A DNA stretch of 64,000 nucleotides from a virus (lineage: Duplodnaviria > Caudoviricetes), in IMG/VR virus record IMGVR_UViG_3300047157_000186. One strand, written 5' to 3'. A program made the position numbers and the translations under genes. Numbering within the stretch: the stretch's first letter is position 1; each line of letters begins with the position of its first letter. This document shows, piece after piece, positions 39,136 to 48,591 of this stretch. The notes below the pieces were generated by a model, which was not told the DNA's origin, ran no database searches, and was given only the letters and a program-made list of their open reading frames with translations.

Positions 39136-42100
39136 ATGTCACAAATTACATTAAGAAATTCTAATACGGGAGCAGATCCAGCCAATGGAGCTAATAGTTT
39201 ATGTTTTAGTGGCCTAGATGGTATATTAGATTTATATTACACTGGTACATTAACTGCAAATGGTGGAAGTTCAGCCACAGGAACAATATTAAATACCGAT
39301 AGTGCTAACCCCACTCCATGGGATGGACAGAATAAATTGTACATTGATGAGTTAGGTTGTAATATATTAAGAATATCCAGTGCCGGTGAAGTAATGGAGT
39401 TATTTTCAAATGACACGGGTACAGGTGTGCCAGTGTGTACTCCTGTAATTACTGTAACAGGTCCTAATCTTATTGATGATCACTTAGAAGGTACAGTATA
39501 TACTGACCAAGGTGCTACTTTAGAGGAAGAGTGCCCATCTGGTGGTAGTATAACGGTAACAGGTGTACCCGATGGCATGACAGTTGGAAATTATACTATA
39601 ACATATACATATCCTAACGCAGTAGATAAAATTAGAACTGTAAATGTGGTTCCAGCTCCGACACCAGTTCCACCAACAGCAACGCCTGTGCCAACACCCG
39701 TGCCAGATACAACGCCTCCGGTAATATCGCTTACTGGAAATGCTATAATAACTATCGAGGTAGATCCATCTTTTACAGGTCCATATATTGAAGATGGTGC
39801 TACGGCATTGGATGATGTAGATAATGACATTTCATCGCTCATAGTAATTGGAAATTTAAATAATGTAGATCCAACTAACGTTGGCGTTTACACGATTACA
39901 TATAATGTTAGTGATACCGCAGGAAATCCCGCAGTTGAAGTTACTAGAGAAATTCAAGTTGTAGATACTACAATACCTGTAATTGTACTTCAAGGGGATA
40001 ATCCTTTAAACATTAATATTGGTGCTGCATATAGTGAACCTGGTTTCGCCGCAACTGATAATTATGACGACAATGCAACTCTTACTGGTGCTGTAGTTGT
40101 AGGAGGTGATACTGTGGATAACTCAACAGTTGGTCAATATAATATAACATATAATGTAACTGATTCAAGTAATAATAATGCAGTAGAGGTAATTCGCGTT
40201 GTTAATGTAAACGACACTTCAGCTCCAATTCCAGAAAACGAGACATATGATGTGGCTTGGAATGCAACGCTCGCTATTATATTAGAAGCTTCAGATAACG
40301 TAGATTCTTCTGGTAGTTTAACATATACTATAGTAGATCAGCCAACTAAGGGACAATTAAATGCAGATGGAGGTGATCTCTTTACATATACTCACACTGC
40401 AACAGTATACGGACAAGATTCTTTTACTTTTACAGCGACTGATTCAGAAGGGAACGTTTCTCTTCCTGGCACAATAACAATAAATCCAATAAACAGTGCA
40501 CCTGTTTTAACAGATCCTGGATCAATACAATTACAACAAAATTCAAGCGTTGTATTTAATGTTGGTATACAGGATGCTGATGGCGACGCAATAACAATTA
40601 TTGAAGATACTGCTGTTTCAAATGGTACAATTCAACTTATACAAACGTCTAGCAACTTAGAGGTAACATATACACCTAATCTTGGTCATTTTGGTGGAGA
40701 CACATGGGTCATCATAGGTGAGGATAGTAAATCAGAGCAATCAATTCCACTAACTATTAACTTTGCTATTGAGGCCGTTCCGTATTTTGAAATGGATGCT
40801 TCATCATTTGGTAGTGATCCAGATGCCATGTGTATTGCACCTAAAACTACAAATGTTTACGGTGGAACAACATACGCAAATAATGTTAGTGAATTATCAA
40901 TAGGTGATACGGTTTATTATGATCAAAATTTAACTAATAAAGTTACAAGACCTAGTAATACTGCAATATACATAAAGGTTTCTGATTCTAGTAAAACCAG
41001 AGTATTAGGTATTAATGCCAATGGAGCAATTACAAGTATTAAAGAATGTGAAAGTAATGCTAATTCTGTATTTACACCAGTTAGATATGCAAGTAGTGAA
41101 AACGCATTCTGTGATAATGATGTACAAATCACAAATCTTTGGTATAATGATGATGGAAGTGGTTCAAAAACTTTACTTGAATTAGTAAACGGTTTTGTAA
41201 ATGTATTTTCTAACGAATATGACTCAGATTTATTTACTGTTACTAATACAGTACAGAGTTCTATAGAAAGCGGAGTTTATGGAGATGTAGATATTACTTT
41301 GAATAAATTTTATAAAAGATCATCTATTAATACATGGGGAGAAAACAATGAGGCAAACTCAGGTGGGTTTGATTTTGAGTGTGAGGAAGAAGTGCCACAG
41401 GAAACGTTTCCAATAACTGTTCAGTATTTACCAAACTTTGAGGATCCAAATTTAAATGAATTTTGTGCGGGTCAAATTGATAATGAACTCACAAATGTTA
41501 CTCTATGGTTTAGTAGAGATTTAGGTGCGTCAGCAATTAGTAACTTGTTAGAATTAGCACAGTCAAATATTGCCATATACAAATCTCAATTAGGTGCACA
41601 ATCACAAGATCCTTTAGATTTATTTGAATCTAACATATTTGCACAAGGTGGTGACGGACATTTAGCGTGGGATAATCTTGGTGATGGTAAAAATTTAAAT
41701 TGGTATGGATATGATATTAATAATAGGCTAGTTGTTGGAACTGATATTGTAAGTTGGGGCTCGTGTTCAACATATAATGATAGACCTGAGATTAATGGTC
41801 TAAATGATATAACAAGTGGTAATAATGATGTAAATATGTTTTACGCATTCTACTCTTATATGCCTGAAATAGAAGGACCCGAAGGTAGTGATCAAAATGA
41901 TTCAGAAGATATATTTTGGCCAATATATGTAATAGATGGTCTACATACGATTAGTTCAGGAGACACTGGTAGTTATATAAAAGATTTTATAGATAATTTA
42001 ACGATAGGAAATGTAGTTACATCTAATAACACTGGAGAATGTTTGGCATATGTTTCTAATATTGTAGCCGAAGACATAGATGATGCTGTATTATTACTAA

Positions 42101-45100
42101 AAAATAATTTATTAGATTCTAGGCAAAGGCCAGTTGTTTCTAGTGGAATTCAACTAGGTTTTGCTAGTGAAGAGGTTATTAAGGTTTATGAAGATTCCGA
42201 AGCTACTAAATGTGTTCTCGGTAATGAAGCTGAAATTATTAGTACATACACGTTCCCGTTTGTTAGTGATTATGATTCTGTTAAAGCAGGTCCAAATTTT
42301 AACACAGAAACTAATTACAAGTTAGATAATGTCGCCAAGCCTTTATTAAGAACTAATCCTAAATTATCTGGAAATATAAAAATAGTTACAGATTCTAGCG
42401 GTACAGTATATTTAGAGAGTATAAATGCAAGTGAAAAACTAGCAGGAATAAAGTACAAAAAACATCCTATTAATCCAAATGGAAATTACGCTAAAGATGT
42501 GGCTTCTTTTTTTAGAGCCACTGGAACTCCATCTGATTTAATTTATTTAACTAAAAGGGCTAATTCTGATTTAACGGTTCATGATTCTTATAATAAACAA
42601 GTAGAAGAGGAATATCAATATGGAACAACTTATAATTATTCTAAAAATTATGATGAAGGCTATAAAATGTTTGCACCTATATGGGCAGATAACAATATGC
42701 CAAATAATTTTGTAATATTTAAAGTAAAAGATCCTAGTCTATTGGATTCTACTCATACAAATAGTAGTAATGCTGAAAGAATTTCCAGTATGTTGAAAAA
42801 TGCTGAGATAATTAAATCATTTGATTTATCAAAAGAATCAGATTTAGGAAAATATATCAGAACTCATGTACAACAGGAAACTTTCCCTAAAGCACCTTTA
42901 ACTGTTTCGTTTAATAAAAATGAAAATACTAATTACAACGGTATAGATTTAAAATCGGGTGAATTAACAAGTAAGGGCGAATATATTTACAAGGATTTTG
43001 TAGAAACTGACAAACCTCTTATTGAGGCTAATGATTTTATAACTGATGGTTTTAAAAGAAACGACATGTTATGTGCCAATTTATTGAATTTAGAATTCTT
43101 ATTCGATGATGATAGTGGAGCAGATTATAGTGTTAGTAGATATTTTGGATTATATGTTGACACAATAGATTCGGGTGTAGGTGAGATTAGTTCTATTAAT
43201 AATAACAATGTAATTACTTTTGGTAAAATTGATTCATTAGTTGATAGTACAAATCCAGTTACGGCAATCCCTAGTTATAAACAAATGTCTACATCACCAA
43301 CTTTAGGTTACGTGAAGATAAATGATATTTTCTATAAGATATCAAACACTGGTCTTTATGATCCATTTAAGTTAGAGGTTAAAGTAGACGGTGATAATGA
43401 AATTATATCAAATACTATAGGTATTTCACATGTTGGTAGATCTGTCAATTTAACCAGAAATGAAGATCAAGGTTTTGATTTTGTTAAAATGACAATAATA
43501 GGAACACCTGATGGTGCTGATAAAATAGCGGTATTAGAATCAAGAGAAGAATCATACAAGTTTACGTTTGTTAAACACACACCTGGAGAACTAATTAATA
43601 TTGAAATAGAAGACAATGGTGTGATATCTAATTTGTTTAATAATGATGTACAATTAGGTGTTGATTTTGAGACTACTGCAGCTAACATTATAACTACACC
43701 AAAAGATGCAAACTTAAATATTACATTTGATTATAATACTAAATCTGTAATTATAACCGAAATCAAAACAAATTTAGGTGATCTTAACATGAGAATCACG
43801 GGTGCTATTAGTTCTATTGTTAGGGTTGATCAACTTCAGTCTAATGTTAATTTACAAGACAGAACATATGTTTCTAATTACACATTACCAAAGGGTACTT
43901 ATAAAGGACAGCAGTTTTCTAATCAAGGGACTACAGGTGATATAGCATCCGCGTTGGCATCTGCAATACATGATGATGATAGTGAATTAGATTCGTATAA
44001 CGTAGGTTCAGACATTTTTGTAAAAACAAAGATACCTGGTTATAGATTAAATCAACATGTTATATTGGTTAACAAAGAGAACGTTACTGATTTTATCAAA
44101 GTAGAAAATGAAGATTTAAATAATATACTAAATCTTAAAGAAAGTAGTAATTCTATAAAAGAAAATTGGAGATCTCATTATTTAAGTGGTGGTAACACAC
44201 GTAATAGATCAGTGTTTGTTGATAATACTACTTTAAGTGAAATATCTACCGGAGATTATTTAGAAACCAATTATGAGGGTATTTACAATAAGGTATTAGA
44301 TATTGTTGAAGATATTGATTCTATTGATTCTACTAAATCTAAAATAATATTATCTTTAGATTCAGATATTAATGATGGAGAAACAAGAGTTTTTAATAAT
44401 AATATAGTACATGTTGGTTTATTCTCAGCATATAATCTATATGATATGGATTTTGATTTTTATGACACTTCAAATTCTGATCTAAAAGAGTTATCTTTAG
44501 AAACTAGAGAGAATATAAATTACGAACCATATGAAAATGCTATATTAAACATAGATCCAATTACTTCTGAGTTTAATTCAGTATTAGCTGCGAGTGACAT
44601 ATTTGATGATAATTATGCATTAGAGCCGATTGATTATTTTTCTAATTTATCCGGAATATTATCTGAAGAAACTATAGATGAAGAGTTATCTGAAAATATT
44701 ACAAGTGAATTTGATAGACTAAAAGAAAACGAGTTAAAAGAATTTGCTACTAAATCTAGAGTAGTTCCTAATATTAACAAATGGGTTTTAAAAGATTCAT
44801 TAAATATTAAAGAACAGCCATATTATTTGAATATTAATGAAGCCTTTGGTAGAACTAATTTCTCCCCTGATTTAAGTGCGGTCGGTCGTAGTAAAAACGA
44901 TATGACACATGAATGGTTTTATATGGATAAAAATCCAAAGTATTTAAGATATGATGAATTAAACCAAGGATTTTCATATGTAAACTTCATTGAAGATTTT
45001 GAATTAACATCTGATTTATTTAAAAGTACTAAAAACAATTACTTTGATAAATTTATGATTTCTGAAGGATTTGAAAAAAATCTAAATAAAGAAGATCTCG

Positions 45101-47211
45101 ATTCTATATTTCAAAAATTCGGAGAGTACACAGAGGGTTACTTAAATCCTGATGATATTAATAATACATTCTTTAAAACAGAATTAAAGAAGAAATATAC
45201 GTTGATAGATGGCGGTGATACAAATGCGTTTGCTAACACTATATTTAAGGGTTTAAAGGTTGTATTAAAAAATAGAAAGGAATTTGCCAATAAAACTGCA
45301 CTTGATTTTGTTAAAAGTAGTGAGTTTAATGGTTATAAATTTAGTGTTTTATTAAAGACAAATACAGATACTGAAACCAATGATATAGAGTTTGAGGTTA
45401 TTCAAAATAAGAAGTTTAAATTTGTAATATTTTTTATCACAATGAATCTTAGTGATTATTGGGTAAAAGGAAATATGAATAGAAAATTGTTATATGAACT
45501 AAATCATAAAATAGTATATGATCATACTAATGAAGATTATATTTATGCTAATACGTCATTTGACGGTGCATTGAATTGGAATCAAGCTGATTTTTCAGGG
45601 GATTTACCATATACAATAGATGGCATTACACATATTGATGGAAGTACACCTAAGTTTGATGATCAAATTTTATTGGGAGAGAATGGATTATATGGTGAGG
45701 TTTTAATGGATTTATATCCTGAAACACCTGGAAATACAATTTATAAGTTTTCAATTTATACAGTAGAAGATGATAATTCAATTAAAGTACAAGGGAAACC
45801 TGTAAACGTAAATGATCCATATGATGTTTTAGATGTTGAGTTTTTACCTAACTATTTACAAAGTAAAATAAAGTATTACTATAAGGACGGAGGTACAAAC
45901 ATACACAAAGCTCTTCTAGAAAAGTTATCTATTAACAGTGTTGCTGAAATGATAAACTTAAATGATGATAGTGTTAAGTATACTACGGTAGAAGAAAATG
46001 GAGAAATAAATGCAAATAGATTTACTATTAATTTTGAAGATGGAAATGAAATTGTAAAATATGCAACACTTTCTGTAGAAGAAGATAATGATAAACCGAA
46101 AAGTTTTAAATTGTTTAAAGGTATTATTGGTTATAATTTAATTAAATCAAGTGAGGCTGAATATTATCCATTCTTAATAAGACACAGTGGATCATATACT
46201 GTAGGATTTAAACCAGTTGTTACATTTACTGACATGTATGCTCATTTTAAATCTAATAGAGTACAAGCCACTGTAGATAACAGAGAGTCTGTATTTGAGT
46301 CATTTTTATACAAACATGCCATGAATAACTCATATGAATTAAAAACTGCCAAATCATATTATAATAGATATAATAGATGTGGTACTACGTTCAATGTAGG
46401 TCTTATTATAGATAATGATATACATGATTCTAATTGGGGCATTATAAAAAATCATTTTTATCATAAAGTAAATGAAATAAATCCAAACGGTATTACCAAA
46501 CTCTCAGAATCTTCTGATAAATTACCATTGTACCCTCGTATTAATGAAATCGCTATTTCTAAAAAAGATGTAAACGTATTTAGATCTTCATGGGATGCAA
46601 ATTATTATACTAGAGCATTATCAGGTGGAAAATCTGAAGATATACCAGGTACATTAGATAATACAGAGGAAAAATCTTATCTTGGATCTACTACGATGAA
46701 GATTAAAAACGAGTATGATGTTACTTCTTTTACATATGAAAATGTAGATAGTCAAGAAGATTTAGATTTTATTTTAAAGAATGGTATAAATAAGGCTGAA
46801 GTAACTGTATTTGAGGATGAAAAACAAATAGTTGCAGATTTTTATATTACTGATGCTGCTACTAGATTACTAAGAAATGACGGAGTGTTTGATGTAATAA
46901 ATAAGTATGTGAATGCTGAAGATTCAGCTGGGGATAAAACAACTTTGATCGATGACGCAAATTTCTATATTAATAATAATATTATTGAAAAATTTGTAGT
47001 AGATTCTATATCGTTATATACTAGAGACTTTAAAGGAAGACCTTCATCAATAATAAATATAGGTGAAGATATTCGTGCTGGTGGGTTTACACCAGACAAC
47101 AATTTTAGATTTAAATCTCATAAACAAAAGCCTATGAATTTTAGATTGATATATAATAAAAGATTAGGATATTCTTACGACATTAAACCTATGATAAAAA
47201 TAAAGTCATAA
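39136..47211 (+). CDS. giant structural protein: N-terminal adhesin region (DUF5011-like and cadherin/Ig-like repeats) fused to a large virion-protein core
   Basis: DTTPPVISLTG..YIEDGATALDDVD..VGVYTITYNVSDTAGN..VTREIQV repeats; Big/cadherin-like YGQDSFTFTATD; core begins near PLLRTNPKLSGNIK. Confidence 0.7.
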   Translation: MSQITLRNSNTGADPANGANSLCFSGLDGILDLYYTGTLTANGGSSATGTILNTDSANPTPWDGQNKLYIDELGCNILRISSAGEVMELFSNDTGTGVPVCTPVITVTGPNLIDDHLEGTVYTDQGATLEEECPSGGSITVTGVPDGMTVGNYTITYTYPNAVDKIRTVNVVPAPTPVPPTATPVPTPVPDTTPPVISLTGNAIITIEVDPSFTGPYIEDGATALDDVDNDISSLIVIGNLNNVDPTNVGVYTITYNVSDTAGNPAVEVTREIQVVDTTIPVIVLQGDNPLNINIGAAYSEPGFAATDNYDDNATLTGAVVVGGDTVDNSTVGQYNITYNVTDSSNNNAVEVIRVVNVNDTSAPIPENETYDVAWNATLAIILEASDNVDSSGSLTYTIVDQPTKGQLNADGGDLFTYTHTATVYGQDSFTFTATDSEGNVSLPGTITINPINSAPVLTDPGSIQLQQNSSVVFNVGIQDADGDAITIIEDTAVSNGTIQLIQTSSNLEVTYTPNLGHFGGDTWVIIGEDSKSEQSIPLTINFAIEAVPYFEMDASSFGSDPDAMCIAPKTTNVYGGTTYANNVSELSIGDTVYYDQNLTNKVTRPSNTAIYIKVSDSSKTRVLGINANGAITSIKECESNANSVFTPVRYASSENAFCDNDVQITNLWYNDDGSGSKTLLELVNGFVNVFSNEYDSDLFTVTNTVQSSIESGVYGDVDITLNKFYKRSSINTWGENNEANSGGFDFECEEEVPQETFPITVQYLPNFEDPNLNEFCAGQIDNELTNVTLWFSRDLGASAISNLLELAQSNIAIYKSQLGAQSQDPLDLFESNIFAQGGDGHLAWDNLGDGKNLNWYGYDINNRLVVGTDIVSWGSCSTYNDRPEINGLNDITSGNNDVNMFYAFYSYMPEIEGPEGSDQNDSEDIFWPIYVIDGLHTISSGDTGSYIKDFIDNLTIGNVVTSNNTGECLAYVSNIVAEDIDDAVLLLKNNLLDSRQRPVVSSGIQLGFASEEVIKVYEDSEATKCVLGNEAEIISTYTFPFVSDYDSVKAGPNFNTETNYKLDNVAKPLLRTNPKLSGNIKIVTDSSGTVYLESINASEKLAGIKYKKHPINPNGNYAKDVASFFRATGTPSDLIYLTKRANSDLTVHDSYNKQVEEEYQYGTTYNYSKNYDEGYKMFAPIWADNNMPNNFVIFKVKDPSLLDSTHTNSSNAERISSMLKNAEIIKSFDLSKESDLGKYIRTHVQQETFPKAPLTVSFNKNENTNYNGIDLKSGELTSKGEYIYKDFVETDKPLIEANDFITDGFKRNDMLCANLLNLEFLFDDDSGADYSVSRYFGLYVDTIDSGVGEISSINNNNVITFGKIDSLVDSTNPVTAIPSYKQMSTSPTLGYVKINDIFYKISNTGLYDPFKLEVKVDGDNEIISNTIGISHVGRSVNLTRNEDQGFDFVKMTIIGTPDGADKIAVLESREESYKFTFVKHTPGELINIEIEDNGVISNLFNNDVQLGVDFETTAANIITTPKDANLNITFDYNTKSVIITEIKTNLGDLNMRITGAISSIVRVDQLQSNVNLQDRTYVSNYTLPKGTYKGQQFSNQGTTGDIASALASAIHDDDSELDSYNVGSDIFVKTKIPGYRLNQHVILVNKENVTDFIKVENEDLNNILNLKESSNSIKENWRSHYLSGGNTRNRSVFVDNTTLSEISTGDYLETNYEGIYNKVLDIVEDIDSIDSTKSKIILSLDSDINDGETRVFNNNIVHVGLFSAYNLYDMDFDFYDTSNSDLKELSLETRENINYEPYENAILNIDPITSEFNSVLAASDIFDDNYALEPIDYFSNLSGILSEETIDEELSENITSEFDRLKENELKEFATKSRVVPNINKWVLKDSLNIKEQPYYLNINEAFGRTNFSPDLSAVGRSKNDMTHEWFYMDKNPKYLRYDELNQGFSYVNFIEDFELTSDLFKSTKNNYFDKFMISEGFEKNLNKEDLDSIFQKFGEYTEGYLNPDDINNTFFKTELKKKYTLIDGGDTNAFANTIFKGLKVVLKNRKEFANKTALDFVKSSEFNGYKFSVLLKTNTDTETNDIEFEVIQNKKFKFVIFFITMNLSDYWVKGNMNRKLLYELNHKIVYDHTNEDYIYANTSFDGALNWNQADFSGDLPYTIDGITHIDGSTPKFDDQILLGENGLYGEVLMDLYPETPGNTIYKFSIYTVEDDNSIKVQGKPVNVNDPYDVLDVEFLPNYLQSKIKYYYKDGGTNIHKALLEKLSINSVAEMINLNDDSVKYTTVEENGEINANRFTINFEDGNEIVKYATLSVEEDNDKPKSFKLFKGIIGYNLIKSSEAEYYPFLIRHSGSYTVGFKPVVTFTDMYAHFKSNRVQATVDNRESVFESFLYKHAMNNSYELKTAKSYYNRYNRCGTTFNVGLIIDNDIHDSNWGIIKNHFYHKVNEINPNGITKLSESSDKLPLYPRINEIAISKKDVNVFRSSWDANYYTRALSGGKSEDIPGTLDNTEEKSYLGSTTMKIKNEYDVTSFTYENVDSQEDLDFILKNGINKAEVTVFEDEKQIVADFYITDAATRLLRNDGVFDVINKYVNAEDSAGDKTTLIDDANFYINNNIIEKFVVDSISLYTRDFKGRPSSIINIGEDIRAGGFTPDNNFRFKSHKQKPMNFRLIYNKRLGYSYDIKPMIKIKS

Positions 47212-47212
47212 A

Positions 47213-48553
47213 ATGGCAATTAACATTCAAGAGATACTACACCCGAGTGATTCGAACTCTATTAAGTTTGAAAAAATCAACTATAACTTTGACCAAATAT
47301 TGGCAAATGGAGGTGGACCTGTCGGTCCCAAGGGACAAAAAGGAGATCAAGGTCAAGTTGGTTCTACTGGACAAAAAGGAGAAAAAGGTGAGATTGGTAA
47401 TACTGGTTTAAAAGGAGATTCAGGGGCAACTGATAGTCCATGGTATAAAGTTGAATTAGATGCTAATTCAGATGGCCAAAATGAGGTTACTATTCTAAAA
47501 CCAAAAAGAGGAACTGATTTACAACTTCCTATAATTTGGTTAGGGGATTCTACATTTGAAGAAGATTCTAATGACGGTGATATTTCAACAAATGCAAGAT
47601 TAACAATAGCAACCGATGGTGTTTTTGCAAATTATCTAAAATTATTTCATGACTCTGTTCATGGTTTAGTATTAACTAGTGAAGAAAGTGGAGCTTATAA
47701 AAGATTTGCTTTTAAAAATAATTTTGGTAGCAGTAACATAGAGTTCGGCGCAACTACTAATAAGATATCTTTAGTTGCTACAAGTTCTAATGCTTATTTT
47801 CAAGGTGAAGGCGTAACAATTAAAACAACTGGATCAAATAACCTTAGTTTAGAAACTTCTGGTAATGGTATATTGGATGTAGATATAAATGCTGAATTTA
47901 AAGGTTACGTAAGGTTGCCTTATGGTGGAACTGGACAAAGACCATTAAATCCACAAGTAGGTATGATAAGATTTAATAGTGATTTAGATATCGCTGAAGC
48001 TTATTATTACAACGGTGGTTCACCAGAGTGGAGAGAATTGTGTACAGATTGTGGTAGCGGAGTAGCAGATAGTATTGGAATTATAGGTGGAAACATTGAT
48101 GCATATGCTGATGGAAGTCCAGTAGTAACTGACACTATTTCTATTGGAGGTGGAAACATTAATGCAAATAGTGACGGGTCACCAAGTTCAAGTGTGCCTA
48201 ATCCGACTGCAACACCAAATCCAACGGCACAACCAACCCCAGCCCCAACTAGTGGATCGGGTAGTGGTTCGGGACCAAATCCAACTGCAACGCCAACTAG
48301 TGGATCAGGCAGTGGATCAGGGCCAAATCCAACTGCAACGCCAACTAGTGGATCAGGCAGTGGATCAGGGCCAAATCCAACTGCAACGCCAACTAGTGGT
48401 GGTGGTTCAGGAACAGGATCAGGAACAGGTTCAGGTGGTGATAACGAAATTATCGAAGATGATGGTGAAAGCTTAGGCGGAGGAGGAACTAGTTCGGGAA
48501 CTGGAAGCGGAGGAACTAGCTCTGGAACAGGTTCGGGAACTAATAGTTATTAA
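47213..48553 (+). CDS. collagen-like tail fibre protein with P/T/G/S-rich tail
   Basis: Anchor IQEILHPSDSNSIKFEKINYNF; 13 Gly-X-Y triplets; LPYGGTGQRP..GMIRFN fibre motif. Confidence 0.75.
   Translation: MAINIQEILHPSDSNSIKFEKINYNFDQILANGGGPVGPKGQKGDQGQVGSTGQKGEKGEIGNTGLKGDSGATDSPWYKVELDANSDGQNEVTILKPKRGTDLQLPIIWLGDSTFEEDSNDGDISTNARLTIATDGVFANYLKLFHDSVHGLVLTSEESGAYKRFAFKNNFGSSNIEFGATTNKISLVATSSNAYFQGEGVTIKTTGSNNLSLETSGNGILDVDINAEFKGYVRLPYGGTGQRPLNPQVGMIRFNSDLDIAEAYYYNGGSPEWRELCTDCGSGVADSIGIIGGNIDAYADGSPVVTDTISIGGGNINANSDGSPSSSVPNPTATPNPTAQPTPAPTSGSGSGSGPNPTATPTSGSGSGSGPNPTATPTSGSGSGSGPNPTATPTSGGGSGTGSGTGSGGDNEIIEDDGESLGGGGTSSGTGSGGTSSGTGSGTNSY
47315..47431 (+). repeat. collagen (Gly-X-Y)13 repeat
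   Basis: GPV GPK GQK GDQ GQV GST GQK GEK GEI GNT GLK GDS GAT. Confidence 0.9.
48245..48397 (+). repeat. 48-bp coding tandem repeat (about 3.2 copies)
   Basis: ccaactagtggatcaggcagtggatcagggccaaatccaactgcaacg units at 48245, 48293, 48341 and a partial at 48389; encodes PTSGSGSGSGPNPTAT. Confidence 0.9.
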
Positions 48554-48564
48554 AATAAAAACAA

Positions 48565-48573
48565 GATAAATAT
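48565..48573 (+). promoter_or_regulatory. putative late promoter motif GATAAATAT
   Basis: Intergenic copy upstream of ATG 48592. Confidence 0.45.
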
Positions 48574-48591
48574 AAAAACATAAATAATAAA

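Noticed and set aside
48245-48397. CRISPR-like or non-coding repeat array
   Set aside because: Units are contiguous with no spacers and encode an in-frame Pro/Thr/Gly/Ser linker.
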